NCBI GenBank assembly: GCA_973851085.1
Contig: OZ316775.1
Span: 7,750,001-7,814,000, forward strand
Length of the DNA: 64,000 nt
Direction: 5' to 3'
Source: Ptychomitrium polyphyllum
Taxonomy: Eukaryota
Shown: positions 24,801-38,940 of the stretch, in pieces
Layout of the letters: each line of letters starts with the position of its first letter
Numbering within the stretch: the first letter of the stretch is position 1
Notes under the pieces: model-generated
What the model saw: the letters and a program-made list of their open reading frames with translations, nothing else
What the model was told of the DNA's origin: nothing
Database searches by the model: none
Position numbers and translations under genes: made by a program

Positions 24801-25657
24801 TATCATCCTTCAACACTTTAAGACCTTGTGTTTTAACAACTATGGTTGTTTTCTAAAAAAGAAAGTATCCAAATCTAAATGTTAAATTAAATTGAAAATT
24901 ATTGGCAAGACAAAAGTCTATCTACTAATATGCAACCTAAATTAGAAGTTTTAATTATATTTAAGTTTTCTTTGCATTGGCACAAACAAGGTTGCAAATA
25001 CAATGCAATATGTTTGTATCACCACAAAGCATAAAAATTACAAATCTCAATCATCTATTGACTAATATATTAGCTAAAAAGTGCAAACATTATTTTATAC
25101 AATAAGATCTTCAAAACACACATGCCACATTGATATAAGTAGAAACAATTCCATTATTAATTTTCTATAATTTACATATATAAAAGCCATGTCTTTTGAA
25201 ACCTTCAAATATCATAATACCACAATAAAATATTCACTTCTAGCTCAATATGTATATATCATATTACTTTGAATTGCCAATAAAGATTCATAAATCCTCA
25301 AGTTGCTTGTCAAAATTTGTTCTTATAATATTTTGTAAGCATATTGCAACAACAAAATATAATCTAAAATATCTTTTATAAAGATAAAAATTCTTAAATC
25401 TTAATAGATAATTATCCACCAAAACAAAGATTTCCATGCAAAGGTCTATCTACAAGAAACACATTGATCATGAAGTACTTGGTTATTGGAAAGTAAAAAA
25501 TCATACCTTTGATGAAATAAAAGAACAAAGAGGAGTAAATTGAATATGTGCTTATTAAAATAGGACATACATATAAATGCAAAGAAACTTACATCGTTAA
25601 TTAGATGTTGAATGTAATTTTCTCAAAACCTTGCATCACATCTATTGCATTAAGAAT

Positions 25658-25757
25658 NNNNNNNNNNNNNNNNNNNNNNNNNNNNNNNNNNNNNNNNNNN
25701 NNNNNNNNNNNNNNNNNNNNNNNNNNNNNNNNNNNNNNNNNNNNNNNNNNNNNNNNN
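25658..25757. other. Assembly gap (100 N)
   Basis: Run of N. Confidence 1.
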
Positions 25758-26141
25758 GTTCTTAGAAGGTTTAGAAAACTTCCAAGGAAGTTACTTTGGC
25801 TTAAAAAGCTTCCAAGGAAGTTACCTCGGCTTACGAAGTTTCCATGGAAGTCACCTTGGTTCAAGAAGCTTCCAAGGAAACAACTCAAGGTTATTTGAGT
25901 ACAAAGCCATGTAGTAGAAACTTCCCAAGAAGCTTCCAAGGCTTGTAATTCTAGTATATATATGAATCAAGGCTGAAGGAGTCTTCACCCTCAATAATGC
26001 ATCTCTTATGGTCTAGCTCAGAGTTTTTGGCCTTGTCTTTGTACATTGTTATAGTTCTTTACCTCTAATATACCTTGAATATATCTTGTTCCACATCTTC
26101 GAATCCTGAAGCCTTGTCTTGTACTTACTTTTTCCATAATA
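25758..26141 (+). repeat. 5' LTR (start hidden in the gap)
   Basis: Aligns with 31623-31976; contains 30-bp tandem units. Confidence 0.85.
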
Positions 26142-27141
26142 AATTGTCAAAATTGTCAAAGAACAATGTAAACAATAATAATAAGTTTGGTCTTTTTTGA
26201 TAGAGAGTTGATTATCCCTCTTTTTTGAAAGCACTACAATACTCTAAAGGTTGCAGATTACCCTCTTCTAGACTGATATTGCCTCTTGAATTTTTTTTAA
26301 TTTCTTGCATATTTAGCAGTTTTTTATTTGTTTCCATTCATTTATGCCAAGAAATGAAGAAATTAATATGATTAATTCAAAAGAAGCCAAGTTAGATTCC
26401 ATTATCAATGCCCTTGAAGCATTGAGAATTAAGATCAAGACTTTATCCAAGAAAATCGAAGAACTATATTTAACCATACATAATGGTCAAGGAGCAAAAG
26501 CACCACAGTTCCTATTCCAAGTCAACTTAGGTGTTATATTATCTAGACCTGGTTTAGTAGAAGAAAGACAGGTTCAAGCTGAAAATTCAATGTTAATAGT
26601 CAAAGAACCAAGAATCAGCCTTTCAGAAAAGTTTAATGGTACGCGCTTGAAATTTCAAGGCTTTGTAAATCAACTTCAACTTATTACCTTGCTTCAACCT
26701 CGACAGTATTTTATGGAAGCTTTGCACGTTGGTTTGATAGGAATATTGCTTTCAGAACAAGCATTGTCTTGGTTTGCACCACTTTTTAAAAAGAATTCTT
26801 CCATACTGAGCAACTTTGATGCATTTTTAGCCATGTTTGCAAAATAATTTGGTAACCATGACAATCTCTGCTTTGCAACTACTAATATTTGTACCTTGCG
26901 CCAAAGGCCACATTTTATGTCAACTAATGCATTGGAATTTTAACAACTTGCATGCAACATTAATTGGGGAAACAAAACGCTGATGAGTCAATTTCATTAA
27001 GACATACGCACAAAATTAAGGATTTATTGTTTTCCATGCTAGACCTCCAAATACTTGATGAGACCATCAGTCAAGCTTTGAAGTGCAATAATTGTCTATT
27101 TCAACGTCGTCAAGATAAACAAACTTTAATTACGCCTTGGT

Positions 27142-27618
27142 TGTCACGGACATAGATCATGCAACATAGTCCTTAGAACATTCTAGAACCTTTTAGTATA
27201 CTATAATAGCTTCTTAGAATAATTTTAGATGTCTCCATAGTCTTTCCATGTTCTTAGGAAGCTTCCTAAGAAAGTTCCTCTACCTTAGGAAACTTCCTAG
27301 GAGGGTTCCAACTCCTTGGAAGACTCTTAGGAAGGTTCCAATATTTTAGAAAACTTCTTGGGAAGGTCCCTAGACTTCCAGAACATTCTTAAGCCTTGTA
27401 GGAAGCTTCTTTAGAAGTATCCTAGGAGATACAAACGTCATAGTATAAATAGGAGGCAAGACAAGGTATTTCTAAGTCTTGCCAACACAAGTTGTGGATC
27501 ATCTTGAATTCTGCCTTGTTCTAGTCTTTGTATCAAGTTCTTATTAATCATTAGCTCTTTGAAAGCTAATTCTTGGAAAACACTTTGTTTCTACTTCTTG
27601 TTTCTTGTATCCCTAACA
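27142..27618 (+). mobile_element. Solo LTR of a different family nested in the gag region
   Basis: TGTCAC...CTAACA termini; flanks TTGGT/GTGGC are a possible decayed TSD; homologous to 32608-33133 (minus strand). Confidence 0.85.
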
Positions 27619-30600
27619 GTGGCCGTATACCAACTTTTTAGTAATTTTAGCCCCATCTACTTCTAATAAGTATTTGAGAAAAGAAGCTATGTAGAATGAT
27701 GCGGTTCGCTTCAAATCGCTTATTAAACAAGAAAAGAAGCAATGAAAGGGGCAAGGATTGTGTTTGTACTGTAGAAAACTTGGCCACAAGGTTGATGTCC
27801 GGAAAATAACAATCGATCATCTATGACTTCTATATGGACAAGTTTGGATTTTCTAATAAAAAGAAACTTATGGGTTTTAAAAATTATTTGTCAATAAAGC
27901 AAGCAAAAGCTCTTGAATCTATTAGAGCAAGGCTTTAGGGATTTGAAGAGATACAATTTCCATCATTAAAACTTGTAATTACAAAGCCTACGGAGGAAAT
28001 TAAAGCATCTTATAAATCTAAGACTGTAAAGCTTCTCTTTATTGGAGCTAGAGCATTTATGGAAGCAGCAAAGACTAGTGCTTCTTTTGTTGTGTATGCA
28101 ATTCCAACTTCCAAAGTTAAGGCTTCATCTTCAACCATTCCAAAAAATTATAAGGAGTTCAACAATGTATTTGAAAAGAAGAATACAGACATCCTACCAA
28201 AATATTATCCCTACAACTATGCTATAGACCTCTAAGACGGCGCCTAACCACCATTTGAACCTATCTATAATTTATCCCAAAACAAGCTTTCATCACTAAG
28301 AAATTATATTGATGAAAACTTAGCCAAGAACTTTATTTGACATTCAAAGTCTCTTATTAGTACTTCAATACTTTTTGTAAAGAAAAAAGATGGATCTTTA
28401 CAAATGTATGTTAATTACCACAGCCTCAATAGAATGATTGTAAAGAACTAATATCCATTGCCGCTAATATCTAGACTTTTTAATGAACGTGGTCAAGCAA
28501 AGATCTATATAAAAATAGACCTGCAAAGAGTCAACAATTTTGTGTGCATCAAAGAAGGAGACAAATGGAAGTCGGCATTTCAAACAAGGTATGGACATTT
28601 TTGAATACAATGTCATGCCTTTTAAATTTACCAACGCATCCACCATTTTTCAGCACTTAATAAATGACACATTTTGGAAGTGCCTCAATAATTTTGTCGT
28701 ATGCTATTTGGATGATATCTTGATCTATTCAAAAAATCCAGAGGAATATGAACAACATGTCTGCATAATCCTATAAAAGCTCCGAGATGCTGATTTGTAT
28801 GCCAAGCTAAATAAATGCCTATTCCATGAACCTGAAGTGGAATTCTTTAAATATATCATCTTCAATAAATGACTATTAATGGATCCAAAGAAAGTCAAAG
28901 CAATCAGCAATTGGATGAGGCCAAAATTGATACGTGATGTCCAATGCTTTCTTGTATTTGCAAAATTCTATAGGATCTTCATCAAAAATTATTCTTGAAC
29001 AACTACACCACTCATGTGACTAACATACAAAGAAAAACGTGAGTGGAAATTTGATGTTTAAGATGCATATCAAAGTTTGAAGCCAGCTTTTATCACAACT
29101 CCTATTTTTATCCATTTGGACTTTTTAAAGCAATTTTATCTTAAAACATATGCTTCTGACTTTGCACTAGTAGCAGTTTTGTCAAAAAATGGAAGAAAAA
29201 TGAGACTCCATCCGATTGCATTCCATTCTAGAAAATTTTCAATTGCAGAAATCAACTACAAGATCCATAATAAAGAATTCCTTGCAATTGTGGATTCCTT
29301 TTCAGAATGGCTTTATTTGCTCAAGGATGCCGCGCATCCAATTATTGTATACACAATCTACAAGAACTTGGAATATTTCATGTTAGCCCATGTTTTGAAT
29401 CGCCGCCAAGCTTGTTGGAATATATCTTTATCTCAATTTGATTTTTGCATCACATATTGATCCAAAAAATAACAAAGGTTGTTAGATGCTTTGTTAAGGC
29501 AATCATATCTTGCGCCAAAGGAGACAGAGGCAACACACAATTAACAACAAGCAAGTTTATTGAGATCCGAAAATTTTTGTATACGCACAACTACCATTTC
29601 AACTCCGGTGGATTCATTGTTCCTTGATCAAATTTGTGTGGTATCTACCAAAGACCTTATTTTCAATATCAAGTATTATTCCAACAACTTCTTTGAAGGT
29701 GTCTAAGTTCAAATTTGAAGACAACCTTCTCTACTTTGAAGAATGTCTATATCTTCATGAAGGACCAATTTGCCTTTATATACTTCAAATACATCATGAC
29801 TTTCTTGCAGCTAAACATTTTGGATTTAACAAAACCTTGAAACTCCTCTTTTAAGATTTTTAGTGGCTTCAAATGTAGAAGGCTATTAAAGAATTTGTAC
29901 TTTTGTGTGAAAGCTGCTCTCAATCAAAGAACCTTTGACATTATCCATATGAACTTCTCCAACCACTGCCTATTTCAATAGATTTCATTATAAATCTTCT
30001 ACCATCAAATTCTTTTGATACCATCTTTTGTTGTGATAGACCAGTTGACCAAGATGGCACATTTTGTACCTTGCAAGAAGACAATAGAGATGAAGAGACT
30101 ACCACATTTTTTATGGATAATGTCTACCATTACCATGGATTATCCAACAATATTATATCAGATTGTAAACCACAGTTTGTATCAAGATTTTGGAAGTCGT
30201 TCTTTGAAATCCTTAAGGTGGAAATCAAATTTTTTTTTTCCTTTCATCCTCATATTAATGGCCAAATAAAACAAATCAACCAAATTTTAGAGCTATATTT
30301 GAAGTGTATCATCAACTACCAACAAGATGATTGGACTTCTTAATTGACATTGGTTGAATTTACCTACAACAACACCACTCAAGCTTCCACATAATAAACG
30401 CCATTCTACTCCAATTATGGACATCATCCAAAGATGGATATGTTATAGCCTCTACAATCCAAGAATCTGGCAGGAGAAGAATTTGCCATAAGAATGGCAG
30501 AGCTTCAAATAACATGAAGACTCAATTAAAAGAAGCTTGAAAACAATACAAAACAATAGCAAATGCAACAAGGAAGGAACAACCTCCATTCCAAGTTGGT

Positions 30601-31587
30601 AAAAAGGTCTAGCTTTTTTGACACAATGTAAGGACCAATAAGCCATGTGACAAGCTGGACTATTGCAGATTGGGACCATTCATAATAAAAAAAACAAATC
30701 AACCAAGTGGCATATAATTTGGAACTACTAACATCAATGAAGGTACATTCCGTCTTCCACATTTCACTTTTGGGAACTTATAAAGAATCAAGTATCCCTT
30801 GATAAAGGCAACGGCCACCACTTGTGGTCAAAATCAACAATCATCATGAATTTAAAGTAGAAGAAGTGCTTAACTCACGGATAAGACATGGAAAGCTGCA
30901 ATACTTGGTCCATTGGCGCGGATTTGACATTAGTGAATGTACATGGGAGCCAATTAATAATAGTTTGTAAGTTTCATTGACAACATCCATCAAAATTAAA
31001 AGTAGCAGCAACACAAAGAACAGTGGCTTGGTAAGGTTGCGTTACCTTAAAGGCTCTTGATGCTTTGGCTTTTAAGTAGAAGATAAAACAATTCCTAAAT
31101 CATAAGTTTCAAAAGCCCAAGACATGATTTTGAAATTAGTCGTTGGTATTTTGAAATTTATCATAATTCCTTGAGACTAGCTCAATATATTAGATATGGA
31201 TAGTCAAGATTCAGATATCTTGCCAAAGGTATTAATTCAGCCAAGTAGGTCTCATCAACAACCTCATGATGAAGAACAGATTGGACCAATAAGATGTCAA
31301 ATGATACCTAATAATAGATTGTTAGTGATTGTCTTTAAAGTGGAGCCAGCTTACAAAAGTTATCCATAAGTAGTGGTTAAAGGTTGCTTTACAACAAAGA
31401 TACAAAAGTTCATGCTTGGTGCCAAGTAGAAGGCGTTGGACACTATTAGTAGTTACAAGGACCCACAAACCATTTGAAGCATAAAAAACAATTGAAATAT
31501 GTTGCAGACACCATGTGACAAATTTTTGACTATGAACACTTGATGCAACATGTTCATTAGAGACCTTGGAGCTAGAAAGGGAGGTGA

Positions 31588-31976
31588 TGTCACAAACATA
31601 CATATTAGAAGCATCTAAAAAGGTTTTTAGAAGGTTTAGGAAGCTTCCAAAGAAGTTACCTTGACTTAAGAAGTTTCCATGGAAATCACTTTGATTTAGG
31701 CAGCTTCCAAGGAAACAACTCAAGGTTACTTGACTATAAAACCATATAGTAGAAGCTTCCCAAGAAGCTTTCAAGGCTTGTAGCTCTAATATATATAGAA
31801 ATCAAGGTTGAAGAGATCTTTAGTCTTGACAACGCATCTCTTAAGCTCTAGATTAAACTTTTTGGCCTTATCTTTGTACCTTATTATAGCTCTTTGCCTC
31901 TAATATACCTTGGACATATCTTGTTTTATATCTTGGAATTCTAAAGCCTTATCTTGTAGTTACTTTGTTTGTAATA
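31588..31976 (+). repeat. 3' LTR
   Basis: Starts TGTCAC after the PPT; homologous to 25758-26141. Confidence 0.88.
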
Positions 31977-32607
31977 ATAGATGTGAAAACTTCATAGTGG
32001 ACTAGTCCATAGATGAAATAATTCATGATATTATTTAATTTAATTTTCTTCAATATAATATTACAAATTCTAATACAAAATCCTAGCTGGATAAATCTAA
32101 TTAGGCTAATTTTGAAGATTTTTTTTGTTTAAGCTCTCAGTATATTAAACACTTTGATCCCCATATATAAAAAAGAAATCAAATTAGCTAAATTTTAGAT
32201 AATATTCTCACAATCACCAGTCAAATTTAGGTATATGTTAACAATATAAATGAATAAGTGAACATGTGATATGGTCCACTAATTATTTTATTACAAATGG
32301 TTTTAGAATTGTCATAGAGATCTTTTAATGCTATTTTTAAAAAAAAGATTCAAGCTAAAATTCAAATCAACTTCTAAAGTGACATTAGTACTGGAATCTC
32401 AAATTATATCACCAAGAAGCAATGACAAGCAAAGTTAGTAAAAATGTGTACACAATGTTCATGATGAGTTATTAGATCATAACCTATATTCACCTACTTC
32501 ATGAACTACTATTAGAACTACTTTAAACCTTTTTTTTATAAGGGATAGAAGAGATAAAAAAGATTGGCTAAAAGCATGGATACTTTAATAAGCGGATAGA
32601 GTTAGAC

Positions 32608-33133
32608 AAACAAGAAGCAGAAACAAAGTGTTTTCCAAGAATTAACTTCCAAAGAGCTAATGATTAACAAGAACTTGATACAAAGACCAGAATAAGGCAA
32701 GATACAAGATGATCCACAACTTGTGTTGGCAAGACTAAGGAATATCTTGTCTTGCTTCCTATTTATACTATAACACTTGTATCTCCTAAGATACTTCTAA
32801 AGAAGCTTCCTACAAGGCTTAAGAATGTTCTAAAAGTCTATGGAACCTTCTTCAAAAATTTCCTAAGATGTTGGAACATTCCTAAGAAATTTCTAAGGAA
32901 TTGGAACTTTCCTTGAGAATTTCCTAAGGTGGTGGAATCTTCTTAGGAAGTTTCCTAAATAATAAGAACCTTCCCAAAAAATTTCTTGAGCTAATAGAAC
33001 CTTCCTAGGAAGTTTCTTGAAAACATAAAAACGGCTATGGAGACATTTGAAAGTATTCTAAGAAGCTACTATAATATACTAGAAGGTTCTAGAATGTTTT
33101 AAAGATTATGTTGCATGATCTATGTCTGTAACA
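32608..33133 (-). mobile_element. Solo or slightly truncated LTR, same family as 27142-27618
   Basis: Reverse complement of the nested solo LTR, with extra ~30-bp GGAACCTTCCTAGGAAGTTTCC-type units. Confidence 0.85.
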
Positions 33134-36100
33134 GATAGACCATGAAAGAAAATTAAAAACATTCAAAGAATTGAGATGAAAAAGGTTTTCTTCCATGGAT
33201 CCATTATTTAATGTCATTCTAAAACTACTTTTCATAAAAAGTAATTGAGAAAAAACTTTTCCACAATAGTTGTTTCCATGTAAGTAAACAATTCAATTTC
33301 CCATTCATTTTCAATATTGTTTTTCCTGTGGACAATAGAACAAAGTATAAAAACTTATAAGAAAATTAAAAAAGATTGACCAATTGTTTTGCTCAAATTT
33401 CCTAATATAATAGAAATCTCTTCTCCTATGAATAAAGGTGTAAAGTGGCACTTATGATCATTAGACTTGTTGAAGTTGGATGATCAGAACTTGTAGATGT
33501 ATTTTTTACTTATCAACCCAAAAAAGGTCAATTCTTAGCAACAAGGCTCGGATTAAAAGTGGATGCTGCTAATTAAAAATAGCTATCAGGCAATTATAAT
33601 CACATAATATGTTTGGCCATTCTTATTATCTCAATATACAACAATGTTAATCCTTCTTGCACTCTAATCTCTTCCTTGAAACATTAGTATGTATCTTTGG
33701 AACATGAGACAACCCATTATCATCACAATAAGGAATGTCTCCTTTTTAATAAATTTTTGAGGATAAATAATAAAAATTGAGTAGCTGACAACTGAAAATA
33801 TACATTGTTTGTAAAATTCGAGTTAATTATGAATTTCTAATAGGTATATTTGAAAAAGGTCAAAATCTTCCAACTCGTTCCTAATCTAAATTTTTTTTCC
33901 TATAAATAGACTATGAATGAAGTATCATAGAATCTAAAATAAGTTGTATTGCAATCAATGATTTTAATGACTTATAAATATTCATATTTGGATTCTTCGT
34001 ATTTTATTTTAAGATAACTTAAGTCTAAAGTATGAAGTCTCTATTGTTGCACTTTAAAATTCATAGTATATTAGAGTTGTTCATTAAAAAGAGCTTCTCC
34101 TTCTTATGTTTCTAAAGTGTATTCTTTCCAAAAATAATAGATTATCCTCAATAAACTATGTAACAAACATTGAAATTTTTACTGTTTAAAAAAGCCATTG
34201 GAAGAGCTTTGGACACCTAAGATGAATTCAAGTTGGCTTTGGAGGAGCTTGGCTAACTTTAAGGAGATCCAAAGTTGAAGCTCCTTGTTCATACCACAAC
34301 ATTATAAACTCCTTCATTCATTCATCAAAATAGTTGCCAACACACGTTTTTTCCTTCTTTTTGTAGTAAGAATGAATTTCAAAATATATTTTGCAAAACT
34401 ATCCTCTTCAAAAGAGAACTTCACATACAACTTGATTCGATACTTCTCAAAAAAAGGTTGATTTTATCAACATCACACAACCCTTTTGCTTACTGATCTC
34501 TCAAAAACAACACCAGATACATTATTGTGTCATAATTAGCTTGAGTAGAAAGGCGGTCGCTTGTGGGCCGTTCTACTGTAGCTGGGGTGAGATAAAGATC
34601 GGTTAAAAGTTGCTAATCTTTACCAACTCCTACACATGCTTGTGTAATTTCCAAAATTCAGCATTTACCGTTACGTTAGCTTGTATAAACCCTATAAACC
34701 CCACTTTGTGTAGAATGATGTTTTGTCCCTCCGCCTTCCTCTGACTACGCTACTATTTTCAAGTCTGGTAGAATCATTAGCCCAGATCTGTCCCATTGAT
34801 CATTGTGCACTCTGCAACTTGCACCTGCAGGGCTGAGTTCCATTAGGATGTTGTTCCGCGGTGCATTGAACAAAAGCCTGTGATTGCATTTGTAAGAGTA
34901 TTTTGTTTATAGAAGTCCTTCAGCTACACTAAAACCAGTCCTTACTGTGTACTTACGGTGATTCCCAATCCCCACACTACATATACCGTCCAAAATAATG
35001 TGGGTGCACGCTACCTTTGAACCCACTATAAACATGTGATGAACATAAATTTTGTGAAAAAAAAATATGATGGGCCCTGATGTTCTTGAAAAAACAGTTC
35101 AATATTTAGTTTTTGGATGATAATTCAAATTGGATGAAAATCCCAAATGAAACTTATATTTTGGATGAAAAGGATGAGGATGAATTATACTAATAATATC
35201 ATCAGGTTTTTAACTAGTATTCCAGATTTTATAAGCTTTTTTACTAGTGTGGACTTTTTAGTGAATTTTGGACAAATTTATGAAAAGACATCCAGATTCT
35301 AATGGAATGAATGCTTCAAATTTTGGAACTTTGTGATATTTAGCCTTAATGTTATTTTGGGCCTTACTGATTCATTGGCTTAATAAGTTTTCTAAAATAC
35401 TTGGAAAAAAAATCATACTATAAAAAATAAATTAAGAGTGTAAAACAATAATAATTAAAAACTCAATGTAAACATTCTTTTCAATCATCTTTTTAATAAA
35501 ACTATTGGATTTCATAAAATTTAGAGAAGTTATGACATCTACTTGTGATTTTAAAGACAAGGTTATGCAAGGGCCTACCACCCATTACAAACCATTGGCT
35601 TTAAATGAATATCAATAAAATAAAAATGAAATTTAATATAATACACTTATGAAAAATTGGACATAAATTTATCTTTATATTGAAAAAATGGTCAAATGTT
35701 ATTTTTTGTTTATTTTTGAAAAAATGAGAGAGTACAAATTAAATATTATTTTGGTTCTAGAATACTAATATTGAATTGATGCTACTTATTAAAATTAATT
35801 TTATGCAAGAAAATCTAATTAAACTTGATTTCTAAAATTTCCAAAAGTTCTTAAATGTTTAAGATTTTTGGAAAGAACACCAATAATGAAGTTTTATAAA
35901 TGTTTACTCTGTAAAAAAAGAAAAACCAGAAAAAGATCCTTTATAGAAATAAATGTGCAAAAAATTTATAATGCAAGAAGGTCTTAATGCAAATTTTATA
36001 TTTATTATATTGAAAGAAATAAATGGAACATTGGTGAAGTTTTAGAAAGATGCACAAATAATCTTTTAATTGGCTTAAGAGGGTTATGATTTAAAAAGAA

Positions 36101-37984
36101 TAATTTTGAATTTTTTGTTTCGAAAATACTATGTTAATCCTTAAAGGCCTCATTTATTGAAGATTATTTTTGCTATTATAATTGATATATTATGTAACTT
36201 TCAAATTTTTGATTAAAAGTTCCATATATAATTTGTATACTATAGTTGTTTTAAGATGATGGATCAAAACATGAAGTTATTTTGCCCTTTTTGATAAAAG
36301 ATTATATATAATAAAATTAAATTAAAAAAATCATATAAAGTACAAAATCCACTCATAAAACATGAAATTTACCAAAGATGCATAAAGCATTGAGAAACTT
36401 AGATTTATAACAATTACATTTGAAATTTCACATAACTTGGATTTTAAATATTATAGATGCACTATTTGACATATATTTATAGTATTTATTTAGTCAAAGT
36501 ATTGCCTTATAGTTATAAAATGAATATGCTCATATTTATTTTTATTTTTATTTTTGTAGCCTAGAGATTTATTCATATCAATGAAAGATAAAACAAAGAT
36601 AAAAATAGAAAATACAAGATGATTAAAATAATGGATAAATAAGTTAATTTTGTGGCCTTCATTATATAATATTGAAAGTATAATTGCATTAACTATTATA
36701 CCAAAACATTCTTTGTACATGTCATGCATATAAAGAACGTAATATAGGTGATATTTTTGTTGGTTCTACTAATAGTGAAGTTTGTTATAAAAAGATAGTA
36801 AAACCAAAAGGACTGTCATTAAAAATTTTAATCCTTTGTAACTTACACTAATTATTGATGGAGGTTGTAATTTGTAGTTTGGTATTTTACATCATAAGTG
36901 ATACAATTTAATATATTCATGCCCCATTGCTACATTGAAGTTTATTTAGTATGCATGTCCTTTTGATATATTTTAGGCTCTAGCATTTCATTCAAAGAAA
37001 CAACTCTATAATGAATATTTGTAGTTGTATTTTCATACCAATATTTCATATTACAATAATGGAATTTATTCTTATACTAACAATATTCCTTAACTATGGG
37101 CATTTGATTAACTCTAATACTAACTATACTACTTGAAAACAAGTCAAATTAATATATGAAATTAACCACTAAGTGCCTATTTGGATCAAAGTGGATATTT
37201 CCATATTTCATCACTATAGTTTCATGCCTAGTTTGTTTTAACCAAAATAAAACATTTTATATTTGGTGACTTCAAATAGACTTTGATATATTTCAAAAAC
37301 AAACATTAAAATTTTCTAAGAAGGAAACACATTGTGTAGAAAAGGAATGAAATTTATTACACAGTAGTAAATTATGCACACAGTAAATTACTATTTTAAT
37401 TACAAAGGTTCTAAGATACTAAGATAAGATAACTTAAGACAAGAACGGTTAATGCTGTATAACGCTAATTGGGTATCACCAAGCATGCTCGATTGTATTC
37501 CAGCACCAAGCATGCTCAGTTGCAAGACAGCTCCAAATCATGCTGGGCACCTGAGCTACAGTAACCCCCCCCCAGCATTAGATTCTTCATTTGAACACCA
37601 TGGAACATGACCTCCACTACAAATTATGGAACATGTCAAATTTATCGACTAGGCTCCCTCCGAATCAACTGGGTTGGGGATGCTACCTAGTATAGTAAAT
37701 CACTAGTCAAGGAACTGAACTCACTATCCCTCTGACGTCGGCGTTCACAAGACTGGGACTCCTGTCACTCCTGACGATGGCAACTAATCGGCAGGAGATA
37801 TATTTACGCAGCGCTGGGGAATACAGTGTGGGATTCACGGGGTGTGCTAGCAATCCGCGGCAGAGAGGCTAAAAGAGGGCAGATGGTGGCTCCCCTGGTG
37901 GGACGATGCATGAGCTCGAAGATCCTCGGCATAGTTCGTGATCGGTCCCGCATCATCCAGTGAAACCTTCCTATTTCTGAGATG

Positions 37985-38400
37985 TAAACGGCGGCCTCTG
38001 CTCGCCTTCCCACCTCATCATAATAATGCACTCACATTCTTCAAGCACCCTAGCCATCGGCAGTGACGATCGAAGACTGTCATAGTCGCAGAGGTTACTG
38101 TGATCTTCATTCGGTCACTTGCAATCCCTGATGATCCTGCACAAGTGTTGTAGAATAGTTTCGTGTAGCCGAAGCTGGTTGTTTTTACTTACATTGTGTG
38201 TGAAAACGGCGGTCTCTGCTCGTCCGACGAGCCTTCCCGTCGCACCAACCATCATAAGCTCACGTTCTTCAAGCGCTCTAGGTATCACCAGTATGGAATA
38301 ATACTCACAGAGCTTAATCTTCACTCGGTAGCTGCCAATCCTTGATGATCCTGAACTAGCAGTTTTACTGCCAGGAGTACTGACTGTTTTACTCACACGG
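37985..38400. repeat. Diverged tandem duplication (~205-220 bp period)
   Basis: Shared blocks AAACGGCGG(C/T)CTCTGCTCG, CTCAC(A/G)TTCTTCAAGC, ATCTTCA(T/C)TCGGT and CAATCC(C/T)TGATGATCCTG recur in the same order. Confidence 0.8.
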
Positions 38401-38940
38401 CGGTTTTATCTCTAAGTATAGGAAAACGTTGCCAGCTAAGTTTGCGTTTGGGATTCACTGTGTCAGGACCCACATGCGTGTGCTGTGCGCTTTTGAGTGT
38501 AGTATGCGCTTTTTAGGAGCAGAAAGGGAGGAGGACGAGCATGAACTTGCGCTCGTCAATGAGTTGAGGGGGAGGTTAATCATGTAGTAGTAGGGAGGCA
38601 AGGCACCGTTGATAAGTGCGGAGGAATTATTTGTCGTTACGTCCTTATGAGCCTCGCCAAAGTTGGAATTTCGGCTTCGGTTCTATTTTCTCTCTCGTCT
38701 GGTTCTGTTTTGTTCCTTGGAGTGGCAGGAACGGCAGTTTAATCAACTTAGAGTGTGCGAAGCTTTAGAGGGTTAACATTTGGTGGGATTCGGAATGAGC
38801 ATATAGCAATTGTGCTGCTAGAGGTGAGCGGTGCGCTTTGAGTTAAGAAACAGAGCGGGTTAAGGGCCGCGGTGAAGGAGCTGACGAAGGAGGAGAGGGA
38901 AGGTTTTGGATGCGGGATTGAAGACGCCATTGAATGCACC

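Larger units (their letters stand above)
25758..31976 (+). mobile_element. Near full-length degenerate Ty3/Gypsy chromovirus LTR retrotransposon
   Basis: Paired LTRs; gag remnant (KEPRISLSEKFNG..ALSWF, 26344-26847); RT ([22 protein letters not shown]); RNase H (ASDFAL..IAFHSRKF..EINYKIHNKE); integrase; chromodomain near 30850-30960; PPT AGAAAGGGAGGTGA before 31588. Many stops and frameshifts. Confidence 0.95.

Noticed and set aside
22900..25657. AT-rich tract with faint retroelement- or virus-like fragments
   Set aside because: Too degenerate to assign without a search.
25770..25885. 30-bp tandem units resembling a CRISPR array
   Set aside because: No unique spacers; they lie within LTRs of a eukaryotic retroelement.
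34540..35030. Slightly GC-richer island with splice-like signals
   Set aside because: No coherent ORF or RNA structure could be built.
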